From an uncultured Candidatus Saccharibacteria bacterium (GTDB lineage: Bacteria > Patescibacteriota > Minisyncoccia > UBA6257 > WO2-44-18), in assembly GCA_964432465.1 (NCBI GenBank), contig CAYSNI010000069.1:1-30517 (forward strand): 30,517 bases of DNA, written 5' to 3'. Made by a program: the position numbers and the translations under genes. Positions 16,523-24,109 of the stretch are shown here, in pieces (the first letter of the stretch is position 1; each line of letters starts with the position of its first letter). The notes beneath the pieces are model-generated. The model was not told where the DNA came from, ran no database searches, and saw only the letters and a program-made list of their open reading frames with translations.

Positions 16523-17494
16523 ATGCTTATCGACGATGTCATTATCAGAATAGCGGCGGGCAACGGCGGCAAAGGCGCCGTCGCTTTTGAGAAGAACAAA
16601 TTCGCGATCGGCCCAACCGGCGCCCGCGGTGGCGATGGCGGCAACATCTATTTTGAGGCGGTGTCTGATATCTCCGCGCTGAGTAAATTTCGTCATAAAA
16701 AAGAATGGGCGGCAACTAACGGGCAGGATGGCCGGAGCCAGTACCGTGACGGTAAAGTTGGCTCTGATCTGGTTCTGAAAGTCCCGGCAGGCACCGTAAT
16801 CCATAATCTCGACACTCGCTACAGTGAAGAATTAGTAAAAGGCGGCGACCGCATCCTAGTCGCTAAAGGCGGCCGCGGCGGTAAGGGCAACTTTTTCTTC
16901 CGCTCACCGATCAATACTAGCCCGGAAGAGTTTGAATTTGGTCAACCGGGCGATAAATTCAACTTGCGCTTAGAACTTAAATTAATCGCTGATGTCGGCT
17001 TAGTTGGTCTGCCAAACGCCGGAAAATCTAGCCTGATCAATGAACTCACGAAAGCCCAAGTCAAGGTAGCGAACTACCCCTTTACCACACTGGAACCGAA
17101 CCTAGGCACCTATGAGAATCTGATCATCGCGGATATTCCTGGCTTGATCGAGGGAGCCTCAAAGGGTAAGGGACTCGGCACTAAATTCCTCCGTCATATT
17201 GAACGCACGCGAGTAATTTTCCATTTGGTTTCCGCTGAATCGGAAAAACCAGTTAAGGATTATAAGACGATTAGAAAAGAGCTGGGCGCTCATAATCCGG
17301 AACTTTTAGAAAAAATTGAGCACATCCTCATCAGCAAGAGCGATATGGGCAACCCTAAAAAACTGACGAAGGAGATTGCCGCGCTAAAAAAACTAAATTC
17401 AAAAGTATTGCCTATCTCCATTCACGACTGGGATAGCCTTGAGAAAGTACGGAAGATTCTGGATAAGATCGCGAAAGAGAAGGGCGGCCGCTAG
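16523..17494 (+). CDS. obg: GTPase Obg (no C-terminal OCT domain)
   Basis: Gly-rich Obg fold, VGLPNAGKSS, YPFTTLEPNLG, DIPGLIEGAS, FLRHIER. Confidence 0.96.
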   Translation: MLIDDVIIRIAAGNGGKGAVAFEKNKFAIGPTGARGGDGGNIYFEAVSDISALSKFRHKKEWAATNGQDGRSQYRDGKVGSDLVLKVPAGTVIHNLDTRYSEELVKGGDRILVAKGGRGGKGNFFFRSPINTSPEEFEFGQPGDKFNLRLELKLIADVGLVGLPNAGKSSLINELTKAQVKVANYPFTTLEPNLGTYENLIIADIPGLIEGASKGKGLGTKFLRHIERTRVIFHLVSAESEKPVKDYKTIRKELGAHNPELLEKIEHILISKSDMGNPKKLTKEIAALKKLNSKVLPISIHDWDSLEKVRKILDKIAKEKGGR

Positions 17495-18081
17495 CGGTAC
17501 AGCTTATTCTTTCGGATGTACTCCGCCACGCTTTTCGCCAAAAATGCATCCGCCTTGCCGCCCGCGGCGATTATCTCTCTTATTTTCGTGCTCGAAATAT
17601 CGCGTGCGGATATATCACGCGGGATTACCGTGCTATGCGGCGGAAGCTCCTCCGGCATTTCAAATCCCGGCCGTTCGAGAATTATAAATTTTCCTGTTTC
17701 GAAAAGCTCCTTTCCGTTCACCCAGGTATTTTTAATGGTCGCGGCCGAATCTGCTCCCACGACGAAACAAAATTCGGAATCCGGATAATACGTTTCCAGT
17801 TCCTGCTTGGTGGCATAGGTTGTGGTAAGTCCCGGACGCTTTATTTCGAGATCCGACACGCTCACTGGAATTTTCGGTAACGGAAATAATTCGCGAACCA
17901 TTGCCCGGAGCATTTCCACGCGGTGCATACCGTCGGTTCCGACAACCTTGTCCCTGCGGTCAGCCGATGGCATCACCCATATTTCATCAGCCGAAAAGTT
18001 ATCGAGGACCAGTTCGATCGCTTTCGCGTGTCCGATATGGGGCGGATTGAAAGCGCCGCCGAAGATCACGATTTTTTCCAT
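17491..18081 (-). CDS. nadD: nicotinate-nucleotide adenylyltransferase
   Basis: FGGAFNPPHIGH, FVVGADS, ISSTKIR. Confidence 0.93.
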   Translation of the reverse strand: MEKIVIFGGAFNPPHIGHAKAIELVLDNFSADEIWVMPSADRRDKVVGTDGMHRVEMLRAMVRELFPLPKIPVSVSDLEIKRPGLTTTYATKQELETYYPDSEFCFVVGADSAATIKNTWVNGKELFETGKFIILERPGFEMPEELPPHSTVIPRDISARDISSTKIREIIAAGGKADAFLAKSVAEYIRKNKLYR

Positions 18082-18090
18082 ACAATAATA

Positions 18091-18114
18091 ATAGCGCGGT
18101 TTTACCCGCGCTAT
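18091..18114. terminator. hairpin between nadA and nadD
   Basis: ATAGCGCGG/CCGCGCTAT 9-bp stem; weak U tract. Confidence 0.45.
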
Positions 18115-18121
18115 AAAGTGG

Positions 18122-19279
18122 TTACGTAATCAACATCATACGCTCGATGCCGAGCTTAGCCTTCTCGGCGATTGAACGCTGGATATGGACCGTAGTATCG
18201 GTTTCAAGAGGATTCTTGGGATCACAGCAGTCATCGCAAAGCAGGATCTCCAGGCGGTCCGTATTCAGCGAATCAAGCAGCTTTTCGAAGATATTCGCCT
18301 TCATGAAGCCGCACTCCGCCCGCTGCGAAACCGGGATGAAGGTTTTCTCCGGCAGTTCTTTCCGCAGCCGGTACACCATTCCCTTCTCGGTCGCCACGAT
18401 GAATTTCTTCACCGGCGAGATTCGAGCCCGCTCGACCATCTGCTCGGTCGAAAGAAAGAAAGCGCGCTGGTGAGGAATGATCCCCTGCTGGATTTTCAGC
18501 ATGCAGAGCGAGGCGCATCCACATTCCGGATGAATCATCAGCTCCGCGTCAGGGTTCTCAATGAGCGCCACATCAGCCGCGTCCATGCCGATCATCTCGT
18601 GCACGTAACAGCAGGCGCTCCATTCACCCTTCCTCTTTTCATATACCTCGATCAGGTCCTCCGGTACCCCCTGCTCCACCGCCTTTGCCTTCATGACGTA
18701 GCCAAGGAACTTATCAGGGAGAACAAGGATCTTCTTACCGGGATACATCTTCGCCGCGGCGACAATGATCTTGTCGGTATTCCGGGAGGTGGAGATGAAG
18801 TCACTAATCGACTTCGTGTAGGCGTCGCTGTTGATGTAGGTCACCAGCACGCCGCCGGGGTTGTTGCGCTTCCACTCTTCGATCCATTCATGATCGGTAC
18901 CGAAAACAAGCGAACAGCCGAGCGCCGCGGGCTTGTCGGGTACGAATACCCGTGTCGCGTCGCCGTTGATGATCTTCGCCGTCGCTCCCATGAAGTACAC
19001 GCTTTGAAAATCAATCCGTTCGGCGCCGATCGCCTTCGCGTGAAGGCTTAGTCCGAGCGAATCCCCGACTTTATCGGCAATCTCATGAAACTCCGGATAG
19101 AGATAGTTATGAGCGAAGATCTTTGCTTTCTTTTCTTTGGCTCTCGCCTGGATCTCGATCGCCATCTCGGCAAGTCCGTAACATCTTTCAAGCGTGTACC
19201 GCCCCGGATACAAATCTCCGGCGTACTGGTTGAAAAGCGTATACCAACGCATGGCAAGATGATCAACGACTGTATTCAC
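18122..19279 (-). CDS. nadA: quinolinate synthase A
   Basis: AHNY, GDSL, YIN, HPEC, FIVATE; three 4Fe-4S Cys (GCSL, CYVH, CGFMK); GTG start with SD AAGGAG. Confidence 0.92.
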   Translation of the reverse strand: MNTVVDHLAMRWYTLFNQYAGDLYPGRYTLERCYGLAEMAIEIQARAKEKKAKIFAHNYLYPEFHEIADKVGDSLGLSLHAKAIGAERIDFQSVYFMGATAKIINGDATRVFVPDKPAALGCSLVFGTDHEWIEEWKRNNPGGVLVTYINSDAYTKSISDFISTSRNTDKIIVAAAKMYPGKKILVLPDKFLGYVMKAKAVEQGVPEDLIEVYEKRKGEWSACCYVHEMIGMDAADVALIENPDAELMIHPECGCASLCMLKIQQGIIPHQRAFFLSTEQMVERARISPVKKFIVATEKGMVYRLRKELPEKTFIPVSQRAECGFMKANIFEKLLDSLNTDRLEILLCDDCCDPKNPLETDTTVHIQRSIAEKAKLGIERMMLIT

Positions 19280-19295
19280 ATACGCACTCCTTAAT

Positions 19296-19336
19296 GTTCT
19301 GGCCGTATTTTACCATTATTACGGCAAATAAAAAAG
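19296..19336 (-). promoter_or_regulatory. internal promoter block A (extended -10 TGGTAAAAT) for nadA
   Basis: 19/20 identical to 20536-20555; directly after a terminator. Confidence 0.65.
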
Positions 19337-19354
19337 AGGCGGTTAAGCCTCTTT
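19333..19354 (-). terminator. intrinsic terminator after NDT-NUDIX gene
   Basis: AAAGAGGC/GCCTCTTT stem, T run on minus strand. Confidence 0.7.
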
Positions 19355-20506
19355 AAGCGCTGAAAGAATCATGCCGATCGTACTCCAATCCACAAGATCT
19401 TTCGCGAAGATCTCGCGGATCGTGCAGACCTGCGTATATACCCGTTCGCCGGTCGGATCGCTCATATCGGCGCCATGCACCTCGCCGACCTGACTCTTAA
19501 ACCAGTTCATTTCTTCATCGGTCAGCTCCGCGGAAAAAAGATTGCAACAGTGGGTCAGAAGGGTCGCGGCAAGCTGCCGGGGGCCATGAGACTTGAGACG
19601 CTCCTTGCCGATCACGAAACCGGTTTCCTCATGGACTTCTTCCACCGCCACGTCGAGCGGATCCACGGCGGGATTCGGATTCGATCCGGCGGGAAGCTCC
19701 CAGACGAAACATTCATTGTTGCGCGCCGAGCTACGGAACTCCCGTCCGATCACAACTTCGTAATCAAGCAGAGTCGGTCCCCGGCGATACAGCACCACCG
19801 CGGAAGTATCCAGACGACCGATCACCGGTTCGTTGGTCTTCATGCGACCTTCGCCGAAAATCCTAATCCGGGGATGAATCATCCATATATAGACGCGTTC
19901 CTTCCTGTCGCCGACACGGAACGTCGCTTTAAGTTCAACTCCTTCAAGGACATGGCCCGCACGATGCTGCGCCTGATACCAGGACTGGAACGCCTTCGTT
20001 CTCCAGACAAAAAGCGGCACCTGTCGGGCTCCGCCCGAACGATGTGAACCGTCACCGAGGAATCTCAGGGCAGCGTCGACCGTCCCTTCAAGCGTATTCG
20101 CCTGCAGGACAAATTCTTTGCCGGCACAATGCTTCATGTAGCCTGTCTTTGGCGCATCATCCGGACAGCCGAATACCATCCAGCCCGAATGCCACAGCCA
20201 GCCGAATTCGATATTAGTGGTGAACGCGGGCATCTTTTCAAGCTCGCGGGGAACCCAGAACAGCGCACAATCGGAATGATTAAACGCGCTATGTTCCCAC
20301 TCGATCTGGCCGTCCTCGCCGCACTGGGCGGAACCGGCCCGGTCTTCCGGGACAAACACCACGCCGTCATAGCCCCGCTCTTTCAGAATCTCCAGAGCAC
20401 GCGGCCGCCATGACCCGACATCGTTCCTGCGGGGCGTCGGCCCCGCCAAAAAAATAGACCGGCTGAACTGCTCCGGCATCGGCTCGCCCGCGTAGACCAT
20501 CTGCAT
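19343..20506 (-). CDS. nucleoside 2-deoxyribosyltransferase-like domain fused to NUDIX hydrolase
   Basis: N-term IFLAGPTPR, VFVPEDR, QIEWE, FWVPR, TTNIEFG; C-term WELPAGS..VAVEEVHEETGF; SD AAGGAGG. Confidence 0.85.
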   Translation of the reverse strand: MQMVYAGEPMPEQFSRSIFLAGPTPRRNDVGSWRPRALEILKERGYDGVVFVPEDRAGSAQCGEDGQIEWEHSAFNHSDCALFWVPRELEKMPAFTTNIEFGWLWHSGWMVFGCPDDAPKTGYMKHCAGKEFVLQANTLEGTVDAALRFLGDGSHRSGGARQVPLFVWRTKAFQSWYQAQHRAGHVLEGVELKATFRVGDRKERVYIWMIHPRIRIFGEGRMKTNEPVIGRLDTSAVVLYRRGPTLLDYEVVIGREFRSSARNNECFVWELPAGSNPNPAVDPLDVAVEEVHEETGFVIGKERLKSHGPRQLAATLLTHCCNLFSAELTDEEMNWFKSQVGEVHGADMSDPTGERVYTQVCTIREIFAKDLVDWSTIGMILSALKEA

Positions 20507-20535
20507 GCATTCCTCCTTCTCTTTCAGACTGAAAA

Positions 20536-20575
20536 GTTCTGGGCGTATTTTACCAGAAAAATCGGGAAATAAAAA
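20536..20575 (-). promoter_or_regulatory. internal promoter block B (extended -10 TGGTAAAAT) for NDT-NUDIX gene
   Basis: Near-copy of block A. Confidence 0.65.
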
Positions 20576-20601
20576 GGCCTTCCAACAATGTTGGAGGGCC
20601 T
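20575..20601 (-). terminator. intrinsic terminator after pncB
   Basis: AGGCCTTCCAACA/TGTTGGAGGGCCT stem, T run on minus strand. Confidence 0.7.
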
Positions 20602-20605
20602 GTGT

Positions 20606-21850
20606 TTAAACCGGGATCAAACCGATCACCTGCCGATAGCGGGTGACCTCGTGGAGGTCGCCCATCGCCTTGGCGGGGTCATCGCTGAGCTTCACCGTGG
20701 AACGTCCGTTGACACGCGACGCTTTCACGACGATCTCCGCGGTGGGAAGTCCGAGATCGTTGGTAAGGTTGGTACCGACACCGAACGTGTGTCCGAGTCT
20801 GCCCTGGAAATGCGCGTGGAGCGCCACCATCCGGGCGGGATCCAGCTTATCGCTGAACACTGTCAGTTTATCTTTCGGATTCTCGTCGTAGCGGCGATAC
20901 CAGTTGATCATCTTCTCGCCATAGCTGAATGGATCCCCGGAATCTTGCCGGGTCCCTTTCCAGAGCTTCGCGACATCCTGATTCGCCGCGCGCAGAAAGA
21001 AGTCGGTGGTAAAGGTATCGGTCAGCGCGATCGAAAGACCACGGCCGTACATACTCCACCAGCCGTTCAGAACTTCGCGCTGAGCCTCAATCAGCACATC
21101 TTCGCTCCGGGTATCGGGATGCGCCTTCGCAAACGCGAGCGCGGCGATGACCATCGGAAGTTCGTGCGCCGACGTACCCATAGGTATGAGATCAACGTCC
21201 TTCGCGAACAGCACATTGGACGTGCCGAGCAGGATACCGGGTAGCTCCTCCCTCATCACCTCAACGACGTACTGCTGCCACGCCCGGCTAAAACGCCGAC
21301 GAGTGCCGAAGTCGCTGAACGTGAGGAAAGGCTGATGCCGGAATACGCAGATCTTCTCAAGGAGATTTTGAACACCCCGCGCGAAGACCGCCTCCTGCTC
21401 GAAGCGGGACTTTTTCCGCAAGAGTGCCCGGGAATAAAGTTCGCAGATGATCGACATTGCCAGCGTTTCCCAATACATGACCTTCGGCCACGGACCGGTA
21501 AACTCCAGACGGTAATCGTCGCCCTCTCTGATCAGTTTGTAGGGAGGAAGTTCGAGATCCCGCAAGAACTGGAGATAATCATCCTGGAACATCTTGTCGC
21601 CGTATTCGTGCGTGCCCCGCAGATAATGATATTCGCTGTTTCTCAGTCTGAGCTTCATCACATGATCAAGCTCGCGTCTCAAATCCTCTTCCGAAAAATA
21701 CTGCGCGAAAGGGATCCGTGCGCGATTGATCAGACTGAAAGTGACTTCCACATCACGATAGCGCCGGAATACCAGCTGGCCCATCGTGAATTTGTAGAAA
21801 TCGGTATCGAGCAAAGAGTTGATGATCGGTTCGTCGGAAAGCAGTTTCAA
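20606..21850 (-). CDS. pncB: nicotinate phosphoribosyltransferase
   Basis: LLDTDFYKFTM, DFGTRRRFS, GTSNV, GTSAHE, RQDSGDP, FGVGTNLTND, VKLSD; TTG start overlapping pncA stop. Confidence 0.95.
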   Translation of the reverse strand: MKLLSDEPIINSLLDTDFYKFTMGQLVFRRYRDVEVTFSLINRARIPFAQYFSEEDLRRELDHVMKLRLRNSEYHYLRGTHEYGDKMFQDDYLQFLRDLELPPYKLIREGDDYRLEFTGPWPKVMYWETLAMSIICELYSRALLRKKSRFEQEAVFARGVQNLLEKICVFRHQPFLTFSDFGTRRRFSRAWQQYVVEVMREELPGILLGTSNVLFAKDVDLIPMGTSAHELPMVIAALAFAKAHPDTRSEDVLIEAQREVLNGWWSMYGRGLSIALTDTFTTDFFLRAANQDVAKLWKGTRQDSGDPFSYGEKMINWYRRYDENPKDKLTVFSDKLDPARMVALHAHFQGRLGHTFGVGTNLTNDLGLPTAEIVVKASRVNGRSTVKLSDDPAKAMGDLHEVTRYRQVIGLIPV

Positions 21851-22485
21851 GAAACGCCTCCTTCCAAGACTTCATCAGTGCTGGAAATTACCACGCCGGC
21901 GGTCTCCATTTCAACGAGTGCGTCTTCGCCGTCGCTGGGATTGATATTGACCGCGCGGCAGGCGTCTTCGAGTAGGATGGCCTGTTGGCCATACTTCACC
22001 GCGTCGAGCGCCGTCGCCTTCACGCAATGATCTGTCGCAAGGCCGCCGATGTACATCTTCCTCACTTTCAGCTGGACCAGGCGATCGTTGAGCGAGGTGC
22101 CGAAGTGATGACCATCGAAAGCCGAGTAGCCGTCATCTATCGTACCTTCACCCTTAGTGATGATGTACAGCCAGCGATATGCGCTGGCTCCGGGTACCTG
22201 CAGATCCCTATGAAACTCGGCTCCGCGAGTGTACTGCACCGCGTGCTCCGGCCATTTGCCGCCATACAACGCGAAATGCTTCGTCACCGGCGGATGCCAG
22301 TCCCTCGAGATCATGATCGCCCAGTTATTCTGCATGGCATGAAGGATCATGCGATTCAGCGGAGCCATCACCTGGTCGCCTTCCACGACCGCAAGCGAGC
22401 CGCCCGGGCAAAAACAGTTCTGCGGATCCACGATCATCAATGCCGTATCGGACTGAAAGACCAGCGCCGGCCCTGAATTGAACAT
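21847..22485 (-). CDS. pncA: nicotinamidase
   Basis: IVDPQNCF, RDWH, WPEH, TKG, YSAF, GLATDHCV; Asp-Lys-Cys triad and metal ligands present. Confidence 0.92.
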   Translation of the reverse strand: MFNSGPALVFQSDTALMIVDPQNCFCPGGSLAVVEGDQVMAPLNRMILHAMQNNWAIMISRDWHPPVTKHFALYGGKWPEHAVQYTRGAEFHRDLQVPGASAYRWLYIITKGEGTIDDGYSAFDGHHFGTSLNDRLVQLKVRKMYIGGLATDHCVKATALDAVKYGQQAILLEDACRAVNINPSDGEDALVEMETAGVVISSTDEVLEGGVS

Positions 22486-22494
22486 GCAGCCTCC

Positions 22495-23370
22495 TTAAAG
22501 GATCGTTGCCCCTTCGTACTGCCAATCGAACTTGAGCTTGCCGTCGGGGAAGAAGATAAGATTTCTCATCTCTTCCGCGTTCGGCTGTACCGTCAGGCAT
22601 TCGTTCAGGCAGAGATTCTGCCCAAAGAGGTCAAAGACCTCCGCGCCATGCGCGAGCACCCGAAGACGGCACCCTGAATTAGTGACGAATTCCCGTATCT
22701 CTTTTCTTTGTTCAACTTTGAGATGATGCTCATTCGTCCATTCCCAGGCCTCGCGGTTCGACATCACCACCGGTTTGTTCACCGGGGTAAATGTGAGCTG
22801 GTCCACCTGGTGCGTCTTCGCGAACGCCACAAGATTCTTCAGCTTTTCAGCACTATCCACGAATCCGTTTGCGCCGATGCATGTCAGACGGACTGAAAGC
22901 CCTATTTCGTGAAGTTTCTTGATCAGTTCCGGAAGGTCGATATATTCCTTCTTATAAGGAAGGTAGACTTCGCGATTCTTCTCCGGTTCATAATGCACGA
23001 TAGAAATCGCGATTGTCGTCATACCAAGATTGCACCAGCTCCTCAGATAAGGATCATATTTCTCCGACCGCTCCGCGAATTTGATCCCGTTCGTCTGGAT
23101 CTCAATCAGTGGAAATTCATATCTCCGCATCTCTTCAAGATATCGGGTGATCTGATCCGGAAACAGCGTCGGTTCACCTTTTCCCGTGAACATCGCCGTA
23201 ATCGCGTTCTGAGCCTTCGCCAACCTGCACGCGATATGAAATCGGTGCCAATTGACCGTCGGTTCCTCGAGTAGCACGCCTTGCGGCGGGGTCATCTTGG
23301 ATACACAAAACGGACACCTCGCGTTACACGCCTCGCTGCCCGCCAGAATGCTGAATGTCTCGACTTTCAA
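22495..23370 (-). CDS. radical SAM enzyme of unknown function
   Basis: CNARCPFC (CX3CX2C), GKGEPTL, QTNG; 291 aa, no SPASM Cys set; TTG start with SD GAGGAGG. Confidence 0.9.
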   Translation of the reverse strand: MKVETFSILAGSEACNARCPFCVSKMTPPQGVLLEEPTVNWHRFHIACRLAKAQNAITAMFTGKGEPTLFPDQITRYLEEMRRYEFPLIEIQTNGIKFAERSEKYDPYLRSWCNLGMTTIAISIVHYEPEKNREVYLPYKKEYIDLPELIKKLHEIGLSVRLTCIGANGFVDSAEKLKNLVAFAKTHQVDQLTFTPVNKPVVMSNREAWEWTNEHHLKVEQRKEIREFVTNSGCRLRVLAHGAEVFDLFGQNLCLNECLTVQPNAEEMRNLIFFPDGKLKFDWQYEGATIL

Positions 23371-23424
23371 GGCGCCTCCTCTTAATACAATTCAGTTATC
23401 AAAGATCGACCATAGAGTAACACT

Positions 23425-24105
23425 TTAAAAGAATCTTTTCAACTCTATGGGCCTCTGCTCAACAAATACATAGAGCTGAGCAGGCCTGTGCTGGGCGCCG
23501 CCGAGCTTTTGACTCGTCGGCTTTATCAGTCCGAGCGCCACAAATTTCTTCCGAAAGTTTCTTTTATCGAGCTTCTTTCCCCAAATCGCTTCATAGGTTG
23601 CCTGGAGCTGACCAAGCGTGAACTTTTTAGGCAGGAGCGAAAAGACGGCGTTGGTATACTCCAACTTAGAACGTAAACGCCGGAGCGCATAGTTGACGAT
23701 CCTCTTGTGATCGAACGCAAGCAGCGGCAGCTTATTCACCGGGAGCAATGTCGGCGCCTGCAGATCCTTGGCGGATTCAAAGACAAGCTTCTCTCTGGGC
23801 ATCAGCGCGAAATAGCTCACCGAGACCGCCGGACCGCGGGGATCCCGTCCGGAGCTGTCGAACGTATACAGCTGCTCGATATACGCGTTCTTCACGCCGG
23901 TTTTGTCGGCAAGCACGCGAAGCGCGCCCTTCTCGGTCGTTTCGTTCTGAAAAAGAAAACCTCCCGGCAATGCCCACACGCCCTCAAACGGCGGGCGGGC
24001 GCGGCGGATCAGGAGCACTTTTAATTCGCCTTGATCGATCGTCAGAATTACGACGTCTACCGTCACGGCCGGAGAGAAGTAAAATTTGTCGGTATGTTTC
24101 TTCAT
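23425..24105 (-). CDS. nrtR: NrtR family transcriptional regulator (NUDIX-like + winged helix)
   Basis: VTVDVVI, WALPGGF, degenerate NUDIX box (RVLADK), EQLYTF..GRDPR, LAFDH, FTLGQLQ, DKRNFRKK, RPAQLY; start ATG 24105. Confidence 0.9.
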   Translation of the reverse strand: MKKHTDKFYFSPAVTVDVVILTIDQGELKVLLIRRARPPFEGVWALPGGFLFQNETTEKGALRVLADKTGVKNAYIEQLYTFDSSGRDPRGPAVSVSYFALMPREKLVFESAKDLQAPTLLPVNKLPLLAFDHKRIVNYALRRLRSKLEYTNAVFSLLPKKFTLGQLQATYEAIWGKKLDKRNFRKKFVALGLIKPTSQKLGGAQHRPAQLYVFVEQRPIELKRFF

Positions 24106-24109
24106 ATTA

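Noticed and set aside
18185-19051. 288-aa plus-strand ORF, and similar ORFs at 19475-20047, 20588-21244, 21335-22030, 21985-22476
   Set aside because: Antisense shadows of GC-rich genes (nadA, NDT-NUDIX, pncB, pncA) with no motifs or start signals.
19277-19281. ATG-TGA start-stop minigene overlapping the nadA GTG
   Set aside because: Arises from the ATGTGA overlap at a GTG start; no independent evidence of function.
20606-22485. Phage NARP1/NARP2 NAD reconstitution system
   Set aside because: The PRTase is PncB-type paired with PncA rather than NAMPT/Namat, there is no PRPP-synthetase-like Adps gene, and the context is chromosomal.
22495-23370. Naming the radical SAM protein a viperin
   Set aside because: Size is similar but viperin-specific motifs (NYHF before the Cys motif, SYL near the C-terminus) are not seen; kept only as a hypothesis.
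23413-23425. TAGAGT-A-ACACTT before the radical SAM gene as an NrtR box
   Set aside because: Arm spacing is 1 nt rather than 7.
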